Position numbers and translations under genes: made by a program. Shown here piece by piece: positions 47,652 through 56,749 of a stretch of 64,000 bases of DNA (position 1 is the first letter of the stretch; each line of letters starts with the position of its first letter). The DNA is from Planctomycetota bacterium (lineage in GTDB: Bacteria; Planctomycetota; B15-G4): the NCBI GenBank assembly GCA_965248575.1, contig CBDFJQ010000002.1, positions 4,128,001 to 4,192,000 on the forward strand. The letters run 5' to 3'. The notes under the pieces are model-generated. The model worked only from the letters and a program-made list of their open reading frames with translations. It was not told the origin of the DNA and searched no databases.

Positions 47652-48875
47652 TCACAGGAAGCGCACCCGTGCCCGACTCCTCAGGCTCTTGGAGCTGTGA
47701 AAGGTACCGCGCCACGAAATGCCTCCGCGCAAAGCACCCAACACCCCGGAGCGCAGGAGTATGCCCACCATGCACAGCGTGCCAATCGGGTATGCCAGCG
47801 CGGGGAGCAGCGGACGGTGGCTCCAACGAGCAAGCCTGACGCCCATGCCCAATCCCGAAACCAGCGCCACAACGCCGAGCCATCCCAACCACGAAAGCCC
47901 CTGGATCCAGAACCCAGCTAGCGCAGCAAGCGGCGCCGCATCCAACGCCAGCAAACTCCCCGCCATGACCAGCACAGCGCTCAACCGAAACCCCGCCACG
48001 GCAAACGTGTTCTTCTCCAACCCCCGCGCCATCTCCGGCAGCGAGTGATACCAACGCACGCTCAGCAGCCCGCGCCCCAGCGCCACGCCACAACGCGCCC
48101 CCGACTGCTTCAGCATCTTGCCCAGCGCCACATCGTCCACGACGTCGAGCGCCAGCCACGGAAAGCCCTCGGTGGCTTCCAGCGCGCTGCGCCGTACGAG
48201 GTTGAACGCGCCCACACCGATGAAGGCCTCGCTGTTGGGGTCTTCCACCTTCCACAGCTTCTGTCCCAGAACGAAGCAACGGCCGAAGGCGGCGATGGTG
48301 CTGTCGAGCAGGAAGTTCTCGGGCGGCATGTCGGGCATGAGCACGAGGTGGTCGAGCTCGCGCTCCTCGGCATGGGCCACGGCCAGGGACAGGCAGCGCG
48401 GCGCGAAGTGGACGTCCGCATCGGTGAACAGCAACCAGTCAGTGGTCGCACCGGCCAGGCCTGTCTGCAGGGCATGGGTCTTGCCTAGCCAGCCCTCGGG
48501 CAGGGTCTCGATGTGCACGGCCTGCACCCGGCGGTCCTGGGCCGCCAGCCCATCGATCAACTGGGGCGTCTCATCGCCTGAGCGATCGTCGACTAAGACC
48601 AGCTCCAGGGCCGGGTGATCCTGGGCGAGCAGCGAGGCGGCGGCGGCGGGCAGCGTGTGCGCTTCGTCCCGCGCGGGGACGATCACGCGCAAGCTGCCCA
48701 CAGTGTCGCGACCGGTGCCACCCGGACCACCAACCGGGAGAGCCGGCGTCCAGTCGATGAGCGGGCGCAGGACCCGTTGGACCTTCACCCCAGCCCAGGC
48801 GCCAGCCATCCACGCCAGGCAACCCAGCGTGGCGAGGACTGCGAAAACGATCTGGATCGTGCTGAGCTCAGGCAT
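47652..48875 (-). CDS. Membrane GT2 glycosyltransferase (HpnB / carotenoid glycosyltransferase-like)
   Basis: VIVPARDE, VDDRSGD, LPEGWLGK, FTDADV, DDVALG, ISWRG. Confidence 0.9.
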   Translation of the reverse strand: MPELSTIQIVFAVLATLGCLAWMAGAWAGVKVQRVLRPLIDWTPALPVGGPGGTGRDTVGSLRVIVPARDEAHTLPAAAASLLAQDHPALELVLVDDRSGDETPQLIDGLAAQDRRVQAVHIETLPEGWLGKTHALQTGLAGATTDWLLFTDADVHFAPRCLSLAVAHAEERELDHLVLMPDMPPENFLLDSTIAAFGRCFVLGQKLWKVEDPNSEAFIGVGAFNLVRRSALEATEGFPWLALDVVDDVALGKMLKQSGARCGVALGRGLLSVRWYHSLPEMARGLEKNTFAVAGFRLSAVLVMAGSLLALDAAPLAALAGFWIQGLSWLGWLGVVALVSGLGMGVRLARWSHRPLLPALAYPIGTLCMVGILLRSGVLGALRGGISWRGTFHSSKSLRSRARVRFL

Positions 48876-48898
48876 GACCCCGCAGAGTCTGCCACGGC

Positions 48899-49312
48899 TC
48901 AGGCGGCGGAGGCGTCTCTTTGCGCTTGGATCATGCGGGCGTTGACCACATCCAGGGCTTCGACCCAGGTGGTCGCCATCTCGGGCGTCCACTTCTCACC
49001 GAAGTAGCCGGCGAGGGTGTTCAGCAGCGAGGCCGTGACGAAGGGGTACATGTTCTCGGTCACGCCATAGCCCTCGTGGCTGTGGCCCATCTTGTCGAGG
49101 GCGGGCAGCAAGTCGTCGGGCCTGTCCACCAACTCCACCACCAGCGAGAGCGTGGCCATGAGCTTCTTGCGCTGCTGGCTGAAGTCCGTGTCGGCGAACA
49201 GCGGGCGCACTTGCGGGTAGGTGTTCAGCAAGGTGCCGTAGAAGGCCTCGGCGGCAGCTTCAGCGTTGGGGCGGACGGCTTCGAAGGAAGAGCGGAGCAG
49301 GGCGATGTCCAT
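48899..49312 (-). CDS. Single-domain globin (flavohaemoglobin globin-domain type)
   Basis: FYGTL, PQVRPLF, QRKKL, GHSHEGYGV, W near the C-terminus; no reductase domain. Confidence 0.9.
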   Translation of the reverse strand: MDIALLRSSFEAVRPNAEAAAEAFYGTLLNTYPQVRPLFADTDFSQQRKKLMATLSLVVELVDRPDDLLPALDKMGHSHEGYGVTENMYPFVTASLLNTLAGYFGEKWTPEMATTWVEALDVVNARMIQAQRDASAA

Positions 49313-49400
49313 CGGTGGTCAAGGTCTCGTGTGGAGGGAAGAAAGGGCCAGGCCTTGCAGCGCTGGCTTGTCGTGAAGCGGGAGATTGGTGGGTGAAGCC

Positions 49401-49856
49401 CTAGGACAGCGTGGGCAACTGGGCGAGGCCGGAGCTGGCAGACGGCTTGGCCACGAGGTCGGCCAAGGTCGTGCCCTCGAGCACGGCGTAGAAGGCGGCC
49501 TCGGCGGCCATGAGCTTGCGGCGCAGGCGGCAGCCCGGTTCGAGCACGCAAACCGTGGGCTCGACGACGCACTCCAGGACGCCGTTGCGGCCTTCGAAAT
49601 CGCCGACAACCGCGGCTGCATCGATGTCCTCGGGGGCCATGGCCAGGCGCACACCGCCGCCGCGGCCGGAGCGCGTGGCCGTGTAGCCATGGCGGCTCAG
49701 GGCCTGGACCACCTTCACCAGGTGCTCGCGGGAGATGTCGTAGGCCTCGGCCATGGAGTCCACTCGGACCAGGGTCTCGGCCCCGTCAGTGGTGCCCGCA
49801 CGGGCCAGGTAGATGAGCACCCGCAGGGCGTAATCGGTCTGGAGTCGAAGCTTCAT
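49401..49856 (-). CDS. nsrR: Rrf2-family regulator, NsrR-like
   Basis: TDYALRVLIYL, HLVKVV, RGGGVRL, three Cys (ECVVEPTVCVLEPGC); upstream of the globin. Confidence 0.8.
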   Translation of the reverse strand: MKLRLQTDYALRVLIYLARAGTTDGAETLVRVDSMAEAYDISREHLVKVVQALSRHGYTATRSGRGGGVRLAMAPEDIDAAAVVGDFEGRNGVLECVVEPTVCVLEPGCRLRRKLMAAEAAFYAVLEGTTLADLVAKPSASSGLAQLPTLS

Positions 49857-49859
49857 GGG

Positions 49860-49886
49860 TAAAGTGGTATCACGCGTACCACTTTA
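49860..49886. promoter_or_regulatory. NsrR/Rrf2-type operator
   Basis: Perfect inverted repeat TAAAGTGGTA-N7-TACCACTTTA, 3 bp upstream of the regulator start. Confidence 0.75.
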
Positions 49887-49919
49887 AGTCAACGAGCGTT
49901 TGGGCGAGCGCTCCGTAAG

Positions 49920-51467
49920 ATGGCGCGGCTCTCCTGGAGACTGCTTGTGACTCGCGTGATGGACCGTGCCGATGACCGTGCCAGCGACCCTGTGATGGAC
50001 CGACAGGCTGCCCGTCCAGTGGGCACTCGGGCCCGTGCCCTGCGCCGATCGATCCCAGCGCTGCTGTTGGTGGGGTTCTTGGCAGCCGTGCCCGTTCCCC
50101 AGCTGCGGGCGGGAGAGCCAGCGGCAGGCTCCAGCGAACAGGACGTTATCCCGGCGAAGCCCCGTTCGTTGGTGCTCATGATCGCCGACGGTTTCGGGCC
50201 GGCCAGCCTGACCCTGGCGCGCACCGCCAGCGAGCAGCCCCTGCGCATGGACGAGATCCTTGTGGGCAGCGTGGCGACGGCCTCTGCGGACAGCCACATC
50301 ACCGACTCGGCCTCCTCAGCCACCGCTTTGGCGAGCGGCCACGACACCAACAACCGGGTGATCGGTCTGGACCCCGACGGGGCGCAGCTCGGCAACCTGA
50401 TGGAGCGCGCCCAGGCTGCGGGCCTGCTCACCGGTGTCGTCACGACCACGGCGGTGACCCACGCGACCCCCGCTGCCTTCTCCGCCCACATCATGTCGCG
50501 CGATGACGAGCAGGCCATCGCCCTGCAACAGCTCGGATGCGAGTTGGACCTGTTGCTCGGCGGCGGACAGAAGTTCTTTCTGCCGAAGCAAGAGACGCCC
50601 GGGTGGGGGTCGGGCAAGCGGCTGGACGGCCGCAACCTGCTCGACGAAGCACCGGCCCTCGGCTGGCATGTGGTGACGACTCCGCCAGCCTTGAAGGCCG
50701 CGACGGAGTTGCCGCTGCTCGGTCTGTTCACGGCGGGGCATCTCGCGTACCGCCTGGATGTGCGGGCGCGCAGCGCGCAGGGGCAGCCGTCCGAACAACC
50801 GACCCTGGCGCAGATGACGGCCAAGGCGCTGGCCCTGTTGTCTGCGCATGACGAACCGTTCGTGTTGCTGGTGGAGGGCGGGCGCATCGATCACGCCGCG
50901 CACGACAACGATGTGGCCAGCCACCTGCTGGAGATCCTCGACTACGACGCGGCACTGGGCGTCGCCCTGGACTTTGCAGCCGATGACGGGCGCACCCTGG
51001 TGGTCTCCGTCTCGGACCACGAGACCGGTGGGCTGTCCATCGGCCGGAACCGGGGTCTGGTGGGGCTGCAGAACTGGAACCCGGAGTTGCTCAGTCGCCA
51101 GACGGCCTCGCTCGAACAAATGCAGGCCCGCATGAAGGCGGGCGAGCGCGGCCTGGACGTCTTCCGCGAAGTGGGCGGCGTCCCGGACCTGGATCTGGAG
51201 GAGGCCGAACGGATCCAGAACGCCGATGCCCTCGTGCCTGGTCTCTCCCGTGCGGCCACGGAAGACCGGGCGCACAACGGCGTGATCCGGGCGCTCATGG
51301 CGCCCCTGGCGAAGCGCGCGGGGGTGGGCTGGGGGACCTTCTGGCACACCGCCGTGGACGTCCCGCTCTTCGCCGACGGGGTGGGGCGCGAGCGCTTGGT
51401 GGGGCACCACAGTCTGCGCGAGTTGGGTGTGCTGCTGCGGGAGTTGCTCGGCTTGGCCGATGGCTAG
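49920..51467 (+). CDS. phoA: Alkaline phosphatase (true start probably 49959 or 49995)
   Basis: IADGFG, ITDSASSATA, HATPA, EGGRIDHAAH, DHETGG, HTAVDV. Confidence 0.9.
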   Translation: MARLSWRLLVTRVMDRADDRASDPVMDRQAARPVGTRARALRRSIPALLLVGFLAAVPVPQLRAGEPAAGSSEQDVIPAKPRSLVLMIADGFGPASLTLARTASEQPLRMDEILVGSVATASADSHITDSASSATALASGHDTNNRVIGLDPDGAQLGNLMERAQAAGLLTGVVTTTAVTHATPAAFSAHIMSRDDEQAIALQQLGCELDLLLGGGQKFFLPKQETPGWGSGKRLDGRNLLDEAPALGWHVVTTPPALKAATELPLLGLFTAGHLAYRLDVRARSAQGQPSEQPTLAQMTAKALALLSAHDEPFVLLVEGGRIDHAAHDNDVASHLLEILDYDAALGVALDFAADDGRTLVVSVSDHETGGLSIGRNRGLVGLQNWNPELLSRQTASLEQMQARMKAGERGLDVFREVGGVPDLDLEEAERIQNADALVPGLSRAATEDRAHNGVIRALMAPLAKRAGVGWGTFWHTAVDVPLFADGVGRERLVGHHSLRELGVLLRELLGLADG

Positions 51468-51488
51468 CCGCTACGCCTGTTGTTAGCG

Positions 51489-52205
51489 CTACGCTTGGGC
51501 CAGCGCCTTCGCCAACCGGCGCACTTCCTCGACGTCGGTGCGCCCCGTTCCCAGCGACGCGGAGGCGTGCAGCTCCCGTGCCCCCGTCTCGAGCAGGATG
51601 CGGGCTGCGTCTTTCGAACGCACTCCACCGCCCGGCAGCACGATCAGTTTGTCCCCTCCGCGCTCGATCAAGCGCGACAGCACGTCGAGGGCCTCGGGAA
51701 CGCTGTCCTTTCCGCCCGACGTCAACACGCGCTCGACGCCTAGCGCCAGCAGCGTGTCGAAGGAGGCCTCGAGGTCTCGACACGCGTCGAAGGCTCGGTG
51801 AAACGTCACGCTCAGGGGACGGCTGGCTTCGATCAGGCGCGCGCAACTCTCCCGGTCGATCTCGTGCTCGGGGGTGAGCAGGCCGAAGACCACGCCTGCG
51901 GCGCCAGCGCTCTTGGCGAACTCGATGTCACGCAGCATCTGCTCCTGTTCCGCGGCATCCGACACGAAGTGCCCGGCGCGGGGGCGCACCATCACGTGCA
52001 GCGGGAGGTCGACCTGGCTCGCGATGGCTGACATCAGCGCGCTGGTCGGGGTCAGGCCATCCTGGGAGAGGTCAGCGCAGACCTCCAGGCGATCCGCCCC
52101 GCCATTCCACGCGGCTTGGGCGCTCTCGAGGGAGTCGACGCAGATCTCCAGCAGCCGCCGCGCGGGGATCGACGGTTGCCCAGCCATCGACGGTTGCGGA
52201 ACCAT
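51489..52205 (-). CDS. cutC: Copper homeostasis protein CutC
   Basis: LEICVDS, GADRLEVC, MVRPR, TFHRAFD, LTSGG, PGGGV. Confidence 0.93.
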   Translation of the reverse strand: MVPQPSMAGQPSIPARRLLEICVDSLESAQAAWNGGADRLEVCADLSQDGLTPTSALMSAIASQVDLPLHVMVRPRAGHFVSDAAEQEQMLRDIEFAKSAGAAGVVFGLLTPEHEIDRESCARLIEASRPLSVTFHRAFDACRDLEASFDTLLALGVERVLTSGGKDSVPEALDVLSRLIERGGDKLIVLPGGGVRSKDAARILLETGARELHASASLGTGRTDVEEVRRLAKALAQA

Positions 52206-54430
52206 CAGGCGTAGAGCGGGCCGTCGTCGAGGCCCGGCTCCAGCACGTCACCTCGCAAGCGGTCCGCGAGCCGGCCGTGGCGCGTGCCCGTGTCCACCCG
52301 ACTGATGGCGGTCTGCAGGGCCCGTTGCTCGCCCAGGACCACCAGCACCTGCTTGGCCCGGGTGAAGGCGGTGTAGACCAGGTTGCGCTTGAGCATCATG
52401 AACTGGGCGGAGAAGAGCGGCAGCAACACAGCGGGGAACTCGCTGCCCTGGCTCTTGTGGCAGGTGATGGCGTAGGCCGCTTCCAGCTGGTCGATCTGGT
52501 CGAGGCCGTACTCCACGTCGCGCCCGCCGAACATCACCGTCGCCGTGTGGCTCTCTTCGTTGAGATGAATCAGCCGGCCGATGTCGCCGTTGAAGACGTC
52601 GAGGTCGTAGTTGTTGCGCACCTGCATGACCTTGTCCCCCTCGCGGAAGAGCCGGCCGAAGCGGCTGATCTCGCTCTTGGAGCCGCTGGCCGGGTTGAGC
52701 ACCTCGCGCAAGGCCTCATTGAGCGCGATGGTGCCCACGGGGCCGCGATGCATGGGGGTCAGGACCTGCACGTCGCGCATGGGATCCAGGCCGAAGCGCT
52801 TGGGGATGCGCTGAGTGATGACGGCCGACAGGGCGTCGATGGCGCTGCGCGCGTCGTCGCGTTCGATGAAGAAGGCCTGCCCATCGGGGCGCAGATCGAA
52901 CTCGGGCATCTCGCCCTCGTTGAGCTGATGGGCGACACGCACGATGCCGGAGTGCTGCGCTTGGCGGAAGACCGTGGCCAGTCGGGCCACGGCCACGCTG
53001 CCGCTCGAGATGAAGGCACGCAGCACATCGCCCGGACCGACAGACGGCAGCTGGTCCACATCGCCGACCATCACCAGCGTGGCCGTGTCGGGCAGGGCCG
53101 CGAGCACCGCTGCCATGAGCGTGATGTCCACCATGGACATCTCGTCCACGATGAGCACATCGATCTCCAGCGGCTCTTCCTGTTGGGTGCGGTACTGGAA
53201 GCTGACGGGCGTGATGCCCAGCAGCCGGTGCAGGGTCTTGGCGTCGCCGCCCGTGGCTTCGGAGAGGCGGCGTGCCGCGCGCCCGGTGGGGGCCGCCAAG
53301 GACACGTCCCGGCCCTGCTTCTCGTACAGCTCCACGAGGCTGCGCACCAGCGTGGTCTTGCCCACGCCGGGCCCGCCCGTGATGACGGACAGCTTGTGTT
53401 CGAGGACGACCCGGATGGCAACCCGCTGGTCGTCCGAGAGCTCCATGCCGCTGCGCTCTTCGGCCCAGCTGGCGGCTGCCTCCGGGTCCAGGCTCGTGGC
53501 CAGGGGGCCGCCGGTCTGCAGGCGCGTCACGTGCTGGGCGACCTGGATCTCTGCGTCCCGCAGCTCCGGCCGATAGATCAGCCCGTCTTGGACCAGCCTT
53601 CCGTCAGCGAGGCAGTTGGCCAGCTCTTGCTCGACGGGGATCTGGTCCAGTTCGAGAAAGGGCGTCGCCTTCTCCACGATCATCTCGGGCGGCAGGCCCA
53701 CGTGTCCTTCGAGGGCGGCGCGCCCCAGGAGATGGGTCAGCCCGGCCGCGATGCGAAAGGGGGAGTCCGGTTCGTGGCCGAGGCTCTGGGCGACACCGTC
53801 GGCCGTGCGGAAGCCAATGCCGAACACGTCCTCGGCCAGGCGGTACGGGTTGCTGCGCACGACCTCCACCGTCTCCGAGCCGAACTGCTTGTAGACCTTC
53901 AGGGCGTGGGCCGCCCCCAGGCCATGCTCCTGCAGGTAGACGAGGGCGGCGGAGGACTCGCGCATTTCGACCAGCTGGGCAACGATGGTGCTGGCCTTGC
54001 CGCTGCTGATGCCCGGTACCGTGGCCAGCAAGGTGGGTGAGCGTTCGAGGCGCTGCAAGACGTCCAGGCCGAGGGCGTCGACGATCTTCTCGGCGGTCTT
54101 GGGGCCGACGCCCTTGATGCGCCCGCCACCCAGGAACTTGATCAGGCCCCTGCGGCCGCTGGGCATGCGCACCTCGCAGGAGGTCACGCTCAACTGCCGG
54201 CCGTATTGGGGGTGGTCGATCCAGCTGCCCGTGATGGACAAGCTGTCGCCGATCTCCACGCCCGGCATGACGCCCACCAGCGTCAGCGGGGCGTCGTGTT
54301 CGTCCGCGTCGAAGCGCGCGACCGTGTAGCCGTTCTCTTCGTTCCGGAAGGTGATCCCCGCCAGGCTCCCGTCGATGCGGGCGTCGCCGTCGCTGGGCTT
54401 CGGGGCGGGGAAGGGAAGGGGGTCGCTCAT
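52205..54430 (-). CDS. recD2: ATP-dependent RecD2 (RecD/TraA family) helicase
   Basis: ITFRNEENGYTV, HhH, GGPGVGKTT, DEMSM, QLPSVG, HKSQGSEF. Confidence 0.95.
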   Translation of the reverse strand: MSDPLPFPAPKPSDGDARIDGSLAGITFRNEENGYTVARFDADEHDAPLTLVGVMPGVEIGDSLSITGSWIDHPQYGRQLSVTSCEVRMPSGRRGLIKFLGGGRIKGVGPKTAEKIVDALGLDVLQRLERSPTLLATVPGISSGKASTIVAQLVEMRESSAALVYLQEHGLGAAHALKVYKQFGSETVEVVRSNPYRLAEDVFGIGFRTADGVAQSLGHEPDSPFRIAAGLTHLLGRAALEGHVGLPPEMIVEKATPFLELDQIPVEQELANCLADGRLVQDGLIYRPELRDAEIQVAQHVTRLQTGGPLATSLDPEAAASWAEERSGMELSDDQRVAIRVVLEHKLSVITGGPGVGKTTLVRSLVELYEKQGRDVSLAAPTGRAARRLSEATGGDAKTLHRLLGITPVSFQYRTQQEEPLEIDVLIVDEMSMVDITLMAAVLAALPDTATLVMVGDVDQLPSVGPGDVLRAFISSGSVAVARLATVFRQAQHSGIVRVAHQLNEGEMPEFDLRPDGQAFFIERDDARSAIDALSAVITQRIPKRFGLDPMRDVQVLTPMHRGPVGTIALNEALREVLNPASGSKSEISRFGRLFREGDKVMQVRNNYDLDVFNGDIGRLIHLNEESHTATVMFGGRDVEYGLDQIDQLEAAYAITCHKSQGSEFPAVLLPLFSAQFMMLKRNLVYTAFTRAKQVLVVLGEQRALQTAISRVDTGTRHGRLADRLRGDVLEPGLDDGPLYA

Positions 54431-54468
54431 GTCGAGCGGCAAGACTAACCCGGCCTTCTGGCCTCGAT

Positions 54469-55203
54469 CTACTTCGAGCCGGGCAGATAGGTGTCCAGCA
54501 GGCCGGCCATGACATCGACCGAGAGCGGATGCTGTGAGTCGAGCGGGAATCCCTGCCAGCGAACGATGCCGGAGGGATCGATCAGCACGGCGTGGGGGAT
54601 GCCTTGAACGCCGATCGCGTCGTGCATGCGCTCCTTGCGGTCGATGGCGCTGAAGTATTCCATCGAGGGGGTCTCGTCCTGATCGTCGGCGTGCATGGCC
54701 AGCACCTTGGCGGCCGGCTCAGACGACAAACCCACCACCACCAGCCGGTCGGCAAAGGCCTCTTGCAGCGCGTTCAGCTCTGGGATCGCTTCCCGGCAGT
54801 CCGGGCACCAGGTGGCCCAGAAGTCGACCAACACCATCTTGCCGTCGAAGTCCGGGACCGAGCTCAGCCATTCACTGACCCAGAGTTCCGGCGCCGGTTG
54901 GTTGATCAGCACCTTGGATGCGAAGTACTTCTTGTCTGGGACAGGTGCCAGGGGCAGCGCAGCGGTGGATCCCGTCTCGGGTTGGCCGGGGGCCGCCTCG
55001 CCGGTGCCCCAGGCGTAGCTCCAATCGGAGCTCCCAGCGGAGGCAGAGGCGGCATCGTGAGCGTCAGCAGGCGAACAGCCGGTTCCCAGCAGACTGCCCA
55101 GGAACACGCCCACCATCAGGGCTGCAAGCGTGGCAGGGCGCGTGAGGCTGCGGCTCAGGTGGCTGAGCGTCGAACGGAGGGAGAAGGCTCTGGGCTGTGT
55201 CAT
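54469..55203 (-). CDS. TlpA-family thiol:disulfide oxidoreductase lipoprotein
   Basis: VDFWATWCPDC, GIPH, lipobox GTGC. Confidence 0.88.
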   Translation of the reverse strand: MTQPRAFSLRSTLSHLSRSLTRPATLAALMVGVFLGSLLGTGCSPADAHDAASASAGSSDWSYAWGTGEAAPGQPETGSTAALPLAPVPDKKYFASKVLINQPAPELWVSEWLSSVPDFDGKMVLVDFWATWCPDCREAIPELNALQEAFADRLVVVGLSSEPAAKVLAMHADDQDETPSMEYFSAIDRKERMHDAIGVQGIPHAVLIDPSGIVRWQGFPLDSQHPLSVDVMAGLLDTYLPGSK

Positions 55204-55299
55204 GGGGCTGCTCCTGTGGCTGGCCGGCGGATGACCGGTTCGCTCCCCAATGGATGCCGCCCGGAGACTGGAGGTGACAGCGCCAGGCCCCGGGGGGGC

Positions 55300-56697
55300 T
55301 TAGAGGCCCACGTTGATGATCGGCAGCCAGCGAGCCCAGCTCGGGTTTTGCTCGACGTGGTTCATCAAGCCGATCTGGATGCCGTGCAGGTCCCCCGCGT
55401 GGTTGAAGAGGCCGATGCTGATCCCGGTCTGCTTGCCGGTGGCCCGGTTCACCGCGCCGACGTTCAGGCCATGCATGGATTCGCAGCCGGTGTAGAGGCC
55501 GCCGATCGTCAATCCGTAGAGCTCGTCGGCATGCACCGCGAGGCCGGCCAGGTTGATGCCCCGCATCGTGTGCTCGGCCACGGTGGCCAGGCCCGCGATG
55601 TTGAAGCCGCGCATGGAGCCGTCCGTGACGCTGGCGAGGCCAGCGACGTTGATGCCGGCCATGTCGCCGTCCGAGACCGTGGCCAGCCCGGCCAGGTTGA
55701 TCCCGCGCATGCTCCGGTCAGCCACGACTGCCAAGCCGGCGATGTGCACGCCCACCATGGAACCGTCGGACACGGTGGCGAGTCCGCCAATCTGGATGCC
55801 CTTCATGGAGCTGTCGGACACAGCCGCCAGCCCACCGAGCTGGATGCCCGTCATGTTGCCCTCCGACACCGCGGCCAAGCCACCCAACTGGACGCCGGTC
55901 ATGTTGTCGTCGCAAACCGTCGCCAGGCCGCTGAGCTGCACGCCTGTCATGCCATCGTCGGCCACGGTCGCCAGCCCGCTGGCCCCGATGCCCGCCATGC
56001 GGCCCTGGCTCACGGACGCGAGCCCACTGGCGAAGAGGCCCGTCAGTTGGTCTCCCGCGTACACGCCCAAGCCAGCCGCGGAAACGCCCTGCACCGTGCC
56101 AAGGCCGCCGACGGTGAGCGCGCTGAGCTGGATGCCCTGCAGCGAGTCGCCGCCCCAGACACTGCCCAGGGCCGCCTGGATGCCCTGCACCGAGTCGGTC
56201 CCGATGACTGCCAGGCCGCCGACGCTGATGCCTCTGAGATCCCGGCCGATGGGCGCCGCCAGCCCGAAGGACAGCCCGGTGAGCTGCGTGTCGAACGGTC
56301 CGCCCGCAGGCAGCAGGGTGATGTTGACGCCCTTGACCGCTTCCACGCCCCAATCCCGAAGGTTGAAGCGCAGGCCCTTCCAGCGCTTGGAGTTGCCGAA
56401 GCTGATGCCGCTGCCGTTGGCGCCCAGGTCGAGGCTGCCCCAGTCCTTGCCCCATTCCGAAGCGGAGTGGAACCAGGTGCCGGCAAACCAGCGCTGGTCG
56501 ACGAGTTCGTCGTCTTCGTCATCCTCGTGCTCGTCGTCGTGGTCTCCGTGCTCGTGCTCGTGCTCATGTTCGTCCTCGTGCTCATGCTCATGCTCGGGGC
56601 TTGGCGGGGCGTCCTGCAGAAGCAGCGAGGCGGCAACGGGATGGCCCCACGAAAGGAGCATCAGCAGGGCGAGGCAAGTTGCAGCAGGAGGGAACAT
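55300..56697 (-). CDS. LA_2272-like surface repeat protein with His/acidic N-terminal tract
   Basis: Signal peptide; tandem ~16-aa repeats M.G.Q/N(L/I).GLA.V.D; C-terminal GIQIGLMN...WLPIINVGL. Confidence 0.8.
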   Translation of the reverse strand: MFPPAATCLALLMLLSWGHPVAASLLLQDAPPSPEHEHEHEDEHEHEHEHGDHDDEHEDDEDDELVDQRWFAGTWFHSASEWGKDWGSLDLGANGSGISFGNSKRWKGLRFNLRDWGVEAVKGVNITLLPAGGPFDTQLTGLSFGLAAPIGRDLRGISVGGLAVIGTDSVQGIQAALGSVWGGDSLQGIQLSALTVGGLGTVQGVSAAGLGVYAGDQLTGLFASGLASVSQGRMAGIGASGLATVADDGMTGVQLSGLATVCDDNMTGVQLGGLAAVSEGNMTGIQLGGLAAVSDSSMKGIQIGGLATVSDGSMVGVHIAGLAVVADRSMRGINLAGLATVSDGDMAGINVAGLASVTDGSMRGFNIAGLATVAEHTMRGINLAGLAVHADELYGLTIGGLYTGCESMHGLNVGAVNRATGKQTGISIGLFNHAGDLHGIQIGLMNHVEQNPSWARWLPIINVGL

Positions 56698-56749
56698 GCA
56701 GGGTCTCTCTTTGGGCCTGGAAGGTCAGGCGGCCTGAAGGGTCGAGTTT

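Noticed and set aside
44974..47997. Diversity-generating retroelement template/variable repeat pair
   Set aside because: Differences are not adenine-specific, include indels, and no reverse transcriptase is present
55500..56230. Periodic ~48-bp DNA repeats as a non-coding array
   Set aside because: Explained by protein repeats with third-position variation
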